Assembly: GCF_006345805.1 (NCBI RefSeq)
Contig: NW_021832713.1
Coordinates: forward strand, 42,240-106,239
Origin: Octopus sinensis
Lineage: Eukaryota
Direction: 5' to 3'
DNA: 64,000 nt
Under the pieces are notes generated by a model. The model made no database searches, had not been told where the DNA came from, and worked only from the letters and a program-made list of their open reading frames with translations. Each line of letters begins with the position of its first letter. Position 1 is the stretch's first letter. The position numbers were made by a program, and so were the translations under genes. Shown one piece after another: positions 38,082-50,090 of this stretch.

Positions 38082-38854
38082 TTTAAGTATACATGAGCAT
38101 GTCTAGATATGCAAGTATATGCATGTATGCATGAGAAGACATACATAAAACAAACATAGAAATCTGCACTTATACATGCATACATACATGCATATTATAA
38201 ATAGATATTCATTTATTCATGATATATTTACACAGCGTGTACTTTAATGTCTAAGACGGCGGTAGAGGGACTTGGCTGCTGCTTCTATTGATTCCTACTT
38301 TGGTTCGGTATTGCATGAAATGTCATTATCTTTACTCTGTTTATCAGTAAGTTCAAATTGTATCAAGGTCAACTTCTCATTTCATTGTTCCGGGTGTACT
38401 ATGAAAAATACGCACAGACAGACAGACTCACAAAATACCCGCACATGCCTGGGATGAATATAATTGGCTGTAACTCGACTTTTCCTGAATGTGTAGCCTT
38501 ATGCCAATGTTCGGAATTATTATATTTGTAAACAGAAAAACTAGCTTTATTAGTCGGATATTATCATCAACTATAATTTTTCTATTAGATTTAATTATAG
38601 CAATTATTGTATTATTACAGCAATTACGATTTCTTTGAATATACATACGGTCAGAGTTTGTGACGTTGTTAACTGATTTTCTCTTTGCTTTGAATGTATA
38701 ACCTTTTGTACAGCACAGATTTGAGTGAATTCGCAATTACTGATCCACAGCTGTTTGCTAACGTCACAAAGTAACATTATAAGTGGTACGATTACCTTGG
38801 GTGGCCTTCTCATAAAATTCGAAGCCATTGCTGTTATTATTATTTGCTATCAAG

Positions 38855-39030
38855 CTGGTGATCAGGCAGAATCGTTAGCACTCTCGGGGTAAAATGTTCC
38901 GAGTTCAAATTCCGCCGAGGCCGACTTTGCCTTTTATCCTTTCGGGGTCGAAAAATTAAGTACCAATGAAATACTGTGGTCGATTACATCGACTAGTCAC
39001 CTCCCATCAATTTCGAGGTCTTGTAGAAAG
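38855..39030 (+). mobile_element. SINE-C, diverged
   Basis: gagttcaaattccgccgagg...gccttttatcctttcggggtcga core. Confidence 0.7.
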
Positions 39031-39039
39031 AATTATTAC

Positions 39040-39169
39040 TATCATCATCATCATTGTTGTTGTTGTTGTTCTTGTTCTTTTTGTTGTTGTTGTTGTTGTT
39101 GTTTTTCTTCTTCTTCTTCTTCTTCTTCTTCTTCTTCTTCTTCTTCTTCTTCTTCTTCTTCTTCTTCTT

Positions 39170-39200
<31 letters not shown>

Positions 39201-39235
39201 TTATTATTATTATTATTATTGTTGTTGTTGTTTTT
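39040..39235. repeat. Compound (TTG)/(TTC)/(TTA) microsatellite
   Basis: Directly visible. Confidence 0.95.
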
Positions 39236-39529
39236 TCCTTCTTTCTTCAAATTTTCTTCCATTTCTCGCCGAGTGCTTTCCGTACACCTAGGGCAGAGAA
39301 GCTCATTGTATGCTTTCCCAGATTACACACCTTCTCATTCATCCTTCTGTGGGTCAATTCCATGAGCACGAGTTTACTATCGAGAGTGATTTAACAGTTG
39401 ATACTTTGGTAAATTCTATACATTTGAGCTTATAATATAAAGTAGACTAAAATAATTGTCACGGTCCACATGCTTTCAGCTTATTTTAGCTATCATGACT
39501 TAGATCATGATGGAGCACAGCCTTCATAT

Positions 39530-39935
39530 TACTCTCTTTTACTTTTTTACTCTTTTACTTGTGTCAGTCATTCGACTGCGGCCATGCTGGAGCACCGCCT
39601 TTTAGTCGAGCAAATCGACCCCAGAACTTATTCTTTGTAAGCCCGGTACTTATTCTATCGGTCGCTTTTGCCGAACCGCTAAGTGACGGGGACGTAAACA
39701 CACCAACATCGATTGTCAAGCAATGCTAGGGGGACAAACACAAACACACACATATATATATATACATATATACGACAGGCTTCTTTCAGTTTCCGTCTAC
39801 CAAATCCACTCACAAGGCATTGGTCGGCCCGGGGCTATAGCAGAAGACACTCGCCCAAGATGCCACACAGTGGGACTGAACCCGGAACCATGTGGTTGGT
39901 TAGCAAGCTACTTACGACACAGCCACTCCTGCACC
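39530..39935 (-). mobile_element. SINE-A, full length
   Basis: Near-consensus. Confidence 0.9.
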
Positions 39936-41297
39936 TTATAATTTTTGTTAGATTTTGGTGGTTGTTGCTTAACCATAGATCAGCCCTAAGCGCTTCAGAC
40001 GTAACGCCGTTTTCTGTTCCAGTAACTACAGTGTTCAATGCGTCCACCTAACTTTAAAGCCTCTGTAGTTGCTATTTAAAGCATGTAAACCCCATAAAAA
40101 GAGCAAGGGTGGAGAAAATTTTTATGACTAGAGGCAGACTGGAAACATAAGAAAATATAGGAGCGAATTTATATTGAGATTATATAATACATACTTAATT
40201 TTTACAAATTTAGAAATACGCAATTAGCATTAAATGTCTCAGTATCGTTTTTTCTTCCTGATGCCTTTGTAGTAACATCACCAGGAGGCGGCTTCCTGTT
40301 TGAATGAAGCTGAAAATTTAGCCCGAAGACATGTGGAGTTGCACGCCTCTGTCACAGAGACTCTCTCACTGGCTCCTTGTCATTAGCGGACCTGATGTAA
40401 AATAAACCGAATAGGAAATAACAAAAAAAAAAAAGATAATATAAATAACGGTGTCAAATTAGAAATTGTTAATATTATGTTGAAACTTTTAAGTACGCTA
40501 TTGATTTTTAGATTTATTTTTTCCAATTTTGTTCGCTGGGAATTGTTTAAGAATATTGACTCCGCCTTCAAAATAAGGTAAGAATTCTTTGAAGTTCCAA
40601 TCAATAACTAGGTTACTACTAACACCTATTACAACATGTCTTCTTAGATCGATTCTTTCAATATTGGAAAGTGAAATCATTTTACGAACATACGTTTGTA
40701 CATATCATTACTTGACTGCAATTGTAGTCACACACAATTCGTTACTACCCATTAGAGTTTCAAAATCAGATGCTGTCCCCTGATCACGTGATGAACCTCA
40801 CAAATGTGAATTACCCTGTGAGCATCCAAGACCACACAAATGCCCTTTTCCACTCTTGTTCCTCCTCCATAGACGCACATTCTCAGGGTCCTTTTTCACA
40901 CTTGTTCCTCCTACGTAGACAGACATTCTGAAGGCATGCCTATTAAAAATCACCTTCTTATATTTAGTCCGCTTTCATTAAAAATACTAGAATGCAGCAC
41001 CCCTCTATTTACCCTTGATTTCCTCTTTAATTAGTGCTTGAAGTTGTCTTCCTTCAAAATTTCAATCAATTCTATCACAACAATGTCTTCTCCATAACTA
41101 CTAAGCAGAGAAAAACTCACTATCTTCCCCTGTCAAAGGAAGATTCTACGTCTATTTCAAAGAGAGAATTGTTTTGTTCCCATGTACGCGTCTTGGACAG
41201 ATTCGGTTAATAGCACCTGTAAAGCTTATACCGATGTAAAACGTTCTGCACCACCAACGCCTTTTGGAAGTTGTGTACAGTTCCCTACTTGAAGAGT

Positions 41298-41673
41298 GCG
41301 GAGGTGCAATGGCTCAGTGGTTAGGGCAGCGGACTCGCGGTCGTAGGATCGCGGTTTTGATTCCCAGACCGGGCGTTGTGAGTGTTTATTGAGCGAAAAC
41401 ACCTAAAAGCTCCACGAGGCTCCGGCAGGGGATGGTGGTGATCCCTGCTGTACTCTTTCACCACAACTTTCTCTCACTCTTACTTCCTGTTTCTGTTGTA
41501 CCTGTATTTCAAAGGGCCGGCCTTGTCACACTGAATATCCCCGAGAACTACGTTAAGGGTGCACGTGTCTGTGGAGTGCTCAACCACTTACACGTTAATT
41601 TCACGAGCAGGCTGTTCCGTTGATTCGGATCAACCATAACCCTCATCGTCGTAACCGAGGGAGTGCTTCCACC
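41298..41673 (+). mobile_element. SINE-B, tail type 1, 11-bp TSD
   Basis: ACTTGAAGAGT at 41287-41297 and 41674-41684. Confidence 0.9.
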
Positions 41674-42016
41674 ACTTGAAGAGTATCTATTAAAAAATGC
41701 TCCGAATTTGTTCTCGTTAACGTTTAAAGTCATTCCTAGGCCATCATCAATTTGTCTTTTCTATCATTACTGCATAACGGCTTCTGCTGCTAGGAGTCAG
41801 TTGTTTTCACCACTCAGGTACTCCCATCCCACAGGTTTCACCTCTGTTCATCATGCTTGTTGAGTCCAAACAATTGCAATGGCTTCGCATTTGCCTCTAT
41901 GCTTAATCCTTCCTCCCTAGAACATCAGACCTTTCGAATTACCTCCCTGCTGAAGATTTCTCTGCTGGTGTTGAACTGTAATGGTTAAAACAGGACATTA
42001 ACGGCTCCACACTCAC

Positions 42017-42247
42017 CGGTTTCGGACGGCCTGAAAGGACCACGAACACTACTTTTTCCTTTAGGCTCAGCAAGGAAAAGGAAACAGCACAAAGCCCTTG
42101 TAAAAATCATGAGTTGTTTCCTTGCCATCGAGATTGCCCGGCTGAGTAGAATACTGCGTGAGTCTGGCAACATCTTAAATTCCACACACTCAAATGACCC
42201 TTGACTCATAATTACAGCTCGGTTGCAACTACGAGTCAATAAATGAG
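42017..42247 (-). CDS. Candidate exon (231 nt, phase 1 to phase 1, open) containing a signal-peptide-like MARKQLMIFTRALCCFLFLA
   Basis: Acceptor tctttccgcag| and donor CCG|GTGAGT. One frame is fully open over 77 codons. No family recognised. Confidence 0.3.
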
Positions 42248-43369
42248 CTGCGGAAAGACGTGTTGCATTAGATACGAAATTTCAATTCACTCTCGTTTCT
42301 GTTATCGTTTTCTCCGTCACAGCGGTTCAGATATTTCCGCAGATGCATCAGTGTCAGAGTGTGGCTTCGCATCATCAGTGACACCATTTCAAGATGATTC
42401 TTGCAGCAGACCTATCTTCTGACCAGAAAGTACCTTCTCTTCCGTGGGAAGCAGAAAAGTAAGCGCCCCAGTCTTGTTAGGGATTTTCTGGGACAAGGTA
42501 CGGCATCCAGTCGCACTTACAAAACTGAGACGATACAGACATTATCTTTTAACCAATTATTTATAATATAGGTGCAAGCGGATACATTTGAGGGTTGGGA
42601 TGGGTCAATAACATCGACCCTAGTAGACTAACTTATACTTGATTCGACCAAATCCAGAAAGAAAACAGTTTGAATTCGGTTGGATTTGAGCTCGGAGCAT
42701 ATATATAGTGCAGTGTTTTTTCTGAGGCACGTACGATTTTGCCAATCCAAGCATTAACAATATCAACCATTGCAGTAGTAGTTTCTGATTTAGGCATAAG
42801 GCCAACCATTTTCAGGGGAGAGTTTGACTGATATTTGACTGATACTTGACTGATATTTTATTTCATTGACCCAGAATGAATAAAAGCAAAGTTGACCTGA
42901 GTGCGATATGAACTTAGAACGTAAAAGGCCGACACACTATTCTGCAAACCCATCTTCCACACAACAACAACAATTACAACAGCAACAGCAGCAGGAGCTG
43001 CAACAAAGGCAACAACAACAACAACAATGGCTTCTGATTTAGGCACAAGGCTAATAATATTAAGCGAAGCGGGGTGGTATTCGATACCATCAACGCAAAT
43101 ACTTGACTAGGACTTTATTTTATCAATCTCTAAAAGATGAAAGGCAAAACTGACAAGAATCAGAACAAAGAAAGCTAGTAGAAATAGCGCAAATCATTTT
43201 GTCCGATGCTCTAACGATTTTCCCAATGCACCACGCAAACAACAACCAAACAACAAAAACAATAATAATACTTTTTAATTTTGGCATAAAATCTATCGAC
43301 TTTAGTTGGAGGTGGTCACTCGATTACATCCACAACTGACTCGATTATTCCACTGCTACTATTCATCCG

Positions 43370-43677
43370 GTGGAGGCACATGACCTAGTGGTTAGAGCAG
43401 CGGACTCGCGTTCGAGGGATCGTGGGTTCGAATCTCAGACCGGACGATGTGTGTGTTTATGAGCGAAAACACCTAAGCTCCACGCGGCCCCGGCAGAAGG
43501 TAATGGCGAGCTTCTGCTGACTCTTTCGTCACAACTTTCTCTCTCTTTCCTCCTGCATCCTGCAGCTCACCTGCGACGGACCGGCGTCCCGTCCAGGTGG
43601 GGAACTTATTCACCAAGGAAACCGAGAAACCGGCCCTTATGAGCCTGGCGTGGCTCGAGAAGGAACAAACAGCAACA
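43370..43677 (+). mobile_element. SINE with B-type head and tail type 3
   Basis: B-like head and body, then ctgcgacggaccggcgtcccgtccaggtgggg...aaaccggcccttatgagcctggc. Flanked by ACTATTCATCCG / ACTGTTCATCCG. Confidence 0.8.
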
Positions 43678-44014
43678 ACTGTTCATCCGAAACATTGAGA
43701 GGTAAAGTTGGTTTCACCAAAGCTGCATGCGGTGGAAATTGACGTGGATAATATAAGCGTGCGCGATGGAGCACGTTCACGGATCACCCATGAAACTCCC
43801 AACGACAGGCGACAACCACTTTGTTAACATCATCGCCAAAATCTTTTGATATGTAATTTTAGCATTGCTATGGAGCGAAAGATATCAATATGGCCCCTCT
43901 TATTTGGATCAGTTAACAATAGCATACGCATTCCTATGCTCACATAACTGAAGATTCTTCCGTTCTGCTGTCAGTTCTAGTAGATATCTGCCAGGAAGTC
44001 ACCGAACACATCTG

Positions 44015-44364
44015 ACCATCCATCCATCCTAGTCAGGTGTTGCACTATGCGATGCTGTGGTCATCTCGATGTCTTTCCACCTTCTCCTGTCCGCTACCAC
44101 ATGGACAGCTGAGAATAAAGACAATCCTGTGGCTGCGATGTCTTTCAGCCAAGAACTGGGTTGTCTGCCTCTTTTACATCTGCCGTTCACCTTGCCAGTT
44201 ATCATCGTTCGCTCAAGTCCATCACGACGCATGACGTGGCCAAAGAACCGTTGCTTCCGCTTCATGATGTTTCGTCGAAGCGTCATCTCTCAACCGAGCT
44301 TTTCTTGTACCCAGTTCTTCGTCCTTCTCTCCATCCACGACATTAAGGATTCTGCGGTAACACC
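44015..44364 (-). mobile_element. 5'-truncated RTE-clade LINE 3' end
   Basis: WCYRRIL...KRKQRFFGHVMRRDGLERTMITGKVNGRCKRGRQPSSWLKDI and a (GGAT)n tail. ACACATCTG at 44006-44014 and 44365-44373 is a 9-bp TSD. Confidence 0.8.
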
Positions 44365-44365
44365 A

Positions 44366-45187
44366 CACATCTGGCATGCGATACGTTACCGCACATCTGG
44401 CATGCGATATGTTACCGCACATCTGGCATGCGATATGTTACCGCACATCTGGCATGCGATATGTTACCGCACATCTGGCATGCGATACGTTACCGCACAT
44501 CTGGCATGCGATATGTTACCGCACATCTGGCATGCGATATGTTACCGCACATCTGGCATGCGATACGTTACCGTACATCTGGCATGTGATATGTTACTGC
44601 ACATCTGGCAGGCGATATGTTACCGCACATCTGGTATGCGATATGTTACCGCACATCTGGCATGTGATATGTTACCGCACATCTGGCATGCGATACGTTA
44701 CCGCACATCTGGCATGCGATACGTTACCGCACATCTGGCATGCGATATATTACCGCACATCTAGCATGCAATATGTTACCGCACATCTGGCATGCGATAT
44801 GTTACCGCACATCTGGCATGCGATATGTTGCCGCACATCTGGCATACGATATGTTACCGCACATCTGGTATGCGATATGTTACCGCACATCTGGCATGCG
44901 ATATGTTACCGCACATCTGGCATGCGATATGTTACCGCACATCTGGCATGCGATATGTTACCGCACATCTGGCATGCGATACGTTACCGCACATCTGGCA
45001 TGCGATATGTTACCGCACATCTGGCATGCGATACGTTACCGCACATCTGGCATGCGATATGTTACCGCACATCTGGCATGCGATATGTTACCGCACATCT
45101 GGCATACGAAATGTTACCGCACATCTGGCATGCGATATGTTACCGCACATCTGGCATGCGATATGTTACCGCACATCTGGCATACGA
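44366..45187. repeat. 26-bp minisatellite, 31 full units plus a partial (CACATCTGGCATGCGATAYGTTACCG)
   Basis: Units stay in register from 44366 to 45172 (31 x 26). There are no spacers. Confidence 0.95.
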
Positions 45188-45719
45188 ACATAAAACTCAT
45201 AAGTAGACTGTACATACCAGGCAATTCGCATGCCCAGCAGTTTCCATCGTTTCCAGGATATTCGGGAGTGCTTCGTGAATTATATCCGTTTCCCGTACCA
45301 CTCAGTCTCCGTTGCCAGATGTCGAGACAAATCGTGTAGGTAGGAACCAATGTTTAACCTGCGATCCGGTCCACCGACAGATCATCCGACAGATTTTCCG
45401 ACTTTGAATGATATCTAACTGCTCCCTTCGTCTCTCTCACCTCTATCCGAGTTATTTCTTTAGAATTTATTGTTCTTTCTCATCCGTTTCTACGACTGCC
45501 CCCCCACTTCTCATGGCACAGATTCTCCACCACCTCATCCACCTCCATCACCATTTTCCCTTTATACACGCCTCCTCTTTCTCCTCCTCGTCCTCGTCAT
45601 CGTCATCATCATCATCATCAATAATAATTTAACGTCCTTTTTTCCTAAATAATATTCTTCGTTTCTCTATAAATTAATATTCTATACACATCCATTTACA
45701 ATTTCCCTATTCTCTATTG

Positions 45720-47600
45720 CCTCGTGCGCTTTTCTCTCTCCTCCTCTCCCTATCTGTCTACGTCTCTCTTTCTCTCTTTCTCATCCTCTCTCTTTTTACC
45801 CTCTCTCTCTCTCTCTTTCTACTCCTCTCTCTTTCTACTCCTCTCTCTTTCTCTCCCTCTTTTTGTTCCCTTTCCTCTCCAACCTTTCTCACATTCCTTC
45901 TATTTTTTCCCTTTTTCCCTCTCCTCCTCTCCCTATCTTTCTACATCTCTCTTTCTCTCTCTTTTTACTCTTTCTCTTTCTACTCCTCTCTCTTTCTCTC
46001 TTTCTCATCCTCTCTCTTTTTACCCTCTCTCTCTCTCTTTCTACTCCTCTCTCTTTCTCTCCCTCTTTTTGTTCCCTTTCCTCTCCCACCTTTCTCACAT
46101 TCCTTCTATTTTTTCCCTTTTTCCCTCTCCTCCTCTCCCTATCTTTCTACATCTCTCTTTCTCTCTCTTTTCCCTCTTTCTCTTTCTACTCCTCTCTCTT
46201 TCTCTCTTTCTTATCCTCTCTCTTTTTACCCTCTCTCTCTCTTTCTACTCCTCTCTCTTTCTCTCCCTCTTTTTGTTCCCTTTCATCTCCAACCTTTCTC
46301 AAATTCCTTCTATTTTTTCCCTTTTTTCCCTCTCCTCCTCCTCTCCTTCTTTCTACAATCTCTCTCTTCTCTCTCTTTTTCCCTCTTTCTCTTTCTACTC
46401 CTCTCTCTTTCTCTCTTCTTATCTCTCTCTTTTTTTTACCCTCTCTCTCTCTTTCTACTCCTCTCTCTTTCTCTCCCTCTTTTTGTTCCCTTTCTTCTCC
46501 AACCTTTCTCAAATTCCTTCTATTTTTTCCTTTTTTCTCTCTAATCTTCATTCCCATTCTTTCCTTTTCATCTAATTCTCCCCCACGTTATTATCATCTC
46601 ATGGTCCTGTTTATTTTTCGTCTCCCCCCTCTTTCACATTCTCCTTCTTCTTCACCTTCTTCTTCTCCTCCTTCTTCTACTTCTTCTCTTTCACCTCCTT
46701 CTCTTTCCCTTCTTCATCCTTCTCCCTCTGCTTTCTTCTTCTCCCCCACCCCTTCAGTTTCTCCTTCTCGCTCCCTTCCTCCTCTTCCACTCCTCCTGCT
46801 CCTGCTCCTCCGCCTCTTCTTCTTCTTCTTCTTCTTCTATCTTCTCTTTCTCCTCCTCCTCCTCACCTCCTTCTCACCCCTCTCCTTCTCCCTCTTCTTT
46901 CTTCTCCTCCTTCTCTTCATCCTCCTCGTCTTCTTTCTTCTTCCTCTTTTCCTTCTTCTCTTTTTTCTTTCTTTCTCCTCCTCCTCCTCCTCCTCCTCAC
47001 CTCCTTCTCACCCCATCCTTCTCCCTCTTCTTTCTTCTCCTCCTTCTCTTCATCCTCCTCGTCTTCTTTCTTCTTCCTCTTTTCCTTCTTCTCTTTTTTC
47101 TTTCTTCTCCTCCTCCTCCTCCTCCTCCTCCTCACCCCTCTCCTTCTCCCTCTTCTTTCTTCTCCTCCTTCTCTTCATCCTCCTCGTCTTCTTTCTTCTT
47201 CCTCTTTTCCTTCTTCTCTTTTTTCTTTCTTTCTCCTCCTCCTCCTTCTCCTCCTCCTCCTCCTCCTCCTCACCTCCTTCTCACCCCTCTCCTTCTCCCT
47301 CTTCTTTCTTCTCCTCCTTCTCTTCATCCTCCTCGTCTTCTCTCTTCTTCCTCTTTTCCTTCTTCTCTTTTTCCTTTCTTTCTCCTCCTCCTCCTCCTCC
47401 TCCTCCTTCGTTACTTGCACTACAACCATCACCACCACTCACCTCCTTTGTCTTTCAGTCTTTCTCTCTCTCTCTCACACTCATTTCCTACCCATTGCCT
47501 CTTCTCATTCCCTTTTCCTTTTTCCCTCTATTCCTCTCCCTTACCCCTTTCTTTCAGTTCCCTCTCTATCTAATCCATATCTCTCTTGCTCACTTCTTCT
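45720..47600. repeat. ~1.9-kb polypyrimidine/polypurine tract with higher-order repeats
   Basis: Four ~205-bp units (anchors at 45865, 46071, 46275, 46485) and four 125-150-bp units (anchors at 46921, 47054, 47179, 47328). Confidence 0.9.
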
Positions 47601-47759
47601 CCACATATGTTCATCCAATCCCGCTTCACTCTAGTTGCCCCCTCATTCACCACAACAGCTGATACCTTACCATTTGCATATTCTCAAGTGTTTCCCTTTG
47701 AGATTTCGGCATCTGACAATTTTCTCCATTCGTTAGAGCAACGAATTCAACAGCACTAT

Positions 47760-48660
47760 TACCACCAAAGACCCACCACCACCACAACTACAACCGCACC
47801 AGCACCACCACCACCACCACCAGCACCACCACCACCACCAGCACTATCCCCCACCACCACCACCACCAGCACTACCACCACCACCATCACCACCACCACC
47901 ACCGCCACCACCATCACCACCACCACCACCACAACCACCATCATCACCACCACCACCACCACCACCATCAGCACCACCACCACCATCACCACCACCACCA
48001 CCATCACCACCATCACCACAACCACCACCACCACCACCAGCACCAGCACCACCACAACCACCACCACCACCACCACAACCACCACTACCACCACCACCAT
48101 CACCACCACCACCAGCACCACCACAACCACCACCACCATCACCACCACCACCACCACCACAACCACCACCATCACCACCACCATCTTCATCATCATCATC
48201 GTCATCATCATCATCATCATCAACACCAGCAGCAGCAACAACTACAATAACATCATCATTATCCTAGCCATCACCAGTTTACTTTTCACTTCTTGTACAA
48301 TCTCCATCACGATGAAAAGAAGCAGCAACAACATTACCATCCTCCTCCTCCTCCTCCTCCTCATCATCATCATCATCATCCTCATCCTTGTCGTCGTCAT
48401 CGTTGTCGCCGTTGCCCTCGTCGTCGTCGTCGTCGTCGTCGTCATCGTCATCGTCATTATTCTGCTTAATTACATCTGCAGAGAGTCGATTAAAAATCAG
48501 AAACATTATTTAATCACAGTTTTTCTTCCGTTTTCTCTTCATCATTATTATCTGCAATATCAGCATCACCACCACCACCACCACTACCACCACCACCACT
48601 TCCACCGCCACCACCACCGCCACCACCACTGTTACCTTCTTCAGCAGCAGCAGCAGCAGT
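47760..48660. repeat. (CAC)n, (CAT)n and (GTC)n trinucleotide field
   Basis: Directly visible. Confidence 0.95.
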
Positions 48661-49075
48661 AGTAACATCGTCGGCCTCATCATTGAAAAGGAGACGGTAA
48701 AAGAATGACACCGTAACGAACTGATCTCGGAATGAAGCCTCGAGATTAGACACTGAGATTACAGGTAACAAAAGAAGAGATAAGACAAAAATAAAGTCAA
48801 TAACAGATGAAGAAGAAGAAGAAGAAGAAAAAGAAGAAAAAAAAGAAACAAAATAACTGCAAAGAATAAACGAATATCAGCAGAACTTAATCTTCCAAAT
48901 TAACAAAAGGAAATTTTCACCAACATCTGAACAGCGAAAATGAACGTGAGGGGAATGTTTCACCAGATGCTGAAGCAGTAAGGAAGTTTTGGTCAGATGT
49001 TAAGAGCAACATGGTTCGACATAAGATGGAACTTAATTTACATTTGACGAATATTTGTCCTCATCGTTTGTTGTT

Positions 49076-49123
49076 AAGGCAACGTTTCCGCTAATATATC
49101 CTCCGACCTTCATCAGGAATCTT
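49076..49123 (-). ncRNA. Hammerhead-like motif (core intact, stems decayed)
   Basis: Minus strand CTGATGA-A-GGTCG-GAGGATATAT-TAGCG-GAAA-CGTT. Confidence 0.5.
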
Positions 49124-49179
49124 GGGGAAATTTCGAACCTGGGTTCTCATTCCTAAGGTATTTTTTGATGTTGTTGTTG

Positions 49180-49206
<27 letters not shown>

Positions 49207-49218
<12 letters not shown>

Positions 49219-49278
49219 GCATCGGTTTTCAAGTGATGTTGAGGGGACAAACACATACACACGAACATATACACACAG

Positions 49279-49323
<45 letters not shown>

Positions 49324-49489
49324 TACGACGGGCTTCTTTCAGTTTCCGTCTACCGAATCCACTCACAAGGCTTTGGTCGGCTCGTGGCTATAGTAGAAGA
49401 CACTTGCCCAAGGTGCCCCGCAGTGGGACTGAACCCGGAACCATGTGGTCCGTAAACAAGCTACTTACCACACAGCCACTCCTACGCCT
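49207..49489 (-). mobile_element. SINE-A 5' part inside composite E
   Basis: Shares private substitutions with the copy at 55917-56170. Confidence 0.85.
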
Positions 49490-49509
49490 ATAAAAAGGTA
49501 TTTTTTGAA

Positions 49510-49550
<41 letters not shown>

Positions 49551-49633
49551 AGTCACTGTCTGGAATCAAACTCGGAATGTTGGGGTTAGTAGCCCGCGCT
49601 CTTAACTACTATGCCATATGCCCGTGGGCCCCA

Positions 49634-49681
49634 AAGACACCTAATGAAGGCTGGAAGGTATATCAGCCGAAACGTTGTCTT
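49634..49681 (+). ncRNA. Hammerhead-like motif (stem II perfect, one core mutation)
   Basis: AAGACAC-CTAATGA-A-GGCTG-GAAGGTATAT-CAGCC-GAAA-CGTT-GTCTT, with palindromic stem III AACGTT. Confidence 0.55.
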
Positions 49682-50090
49682 AACAAAAAAAAAAAAAAAA
49701 GATGAGGACAAATATCCGTCAAATGTGAATAATGTAAATAATGTACGTAATTGCTCACCTATTAAATCCAGAACTGCATATGATGGAACTGGTTAAAGAA
49801 ATTTTTAAAAGGGAATATTGATATTACAGAAGAAAAAATGCAATAGATTCAGTAGAAATATTTAATAGGAAAATCTCCAGAACAGATGGCACTCGGGGAA
49901 TCTGGCTTAAAACCAAAACCGCATAAGCATGCACCTCTATATACAACTGTTTCTTACAGAATGCAGAAAAGGTGGAGCAGTAACATGGATGACAAACGAG
50001 AAAACAGTGTTAATACAGAATGTCGAGAAAAAAAAATGGAGAAGTCAGTAATTATAGCACTATTACATGCTGACTATATCTCTCGAAATT

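Larger units (their letters stand above)
36250..38110 (+). mobile_element. Second R4/Dong-type 3' fragment, interrupted by SINE-C, SINE-B and a Helitron
   Basis: EGYAVAIQEQE..., CRLCGVNTEDIT... and IIWDREEKLSAIVEISFSPD...KENTYAEL pieces resume across the insertions. The 3' end matches 35985-36015. Confidence 0.8.
49034..49776 (-). mobile_element. Composite element E: tRNA-like module, (AAT)n and hammerhead-bearing PLE-type tail, with an inverted second tail
   Basis: Flanked by CATAAGATGGAACT (49020-49033) and CATATGATGGAACT (49777-49790). Hammerhead-like cores at 49081-49116 (-) and 49641-49676 (+). A- and B-box module at 49549-49620 (-). Confidence 0.7.

Noticed and set aside
42323-42458. 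Plus-strand exon with a strong acceptor and donor
   Set aside because: All three frames contain stops. It could be a UTR exon, but there is no supporting partner exon.
44366-45187. CRISPR array, or 26-aa repeat protein (ORFs of 133-276 aa)
   Set aside because: Units are head-to-tail with no spacers, the context is eukaryotic, and the ORFs arise only because the unit lacks plus-strand stops.
45290-45420. Homeodomain-like WTGSQVKHWF on the minus strand
   Set aside because: It lacks the WFQNRR continuation and the helix 1-2 pattern, and a stop follows.
45863-47662. 599-aa ORF and overlapping long ORFs
   Set aside because: A C/T-only tract cannot form stop codons. The product is low-complexity S/L/F/P.
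47586-48662. 358-aa Thr-rich mucin-like ORF
   Set aside because: It is a translation of (CAC)n/(CAT)n microsatellite with no flanking domain or splice support.
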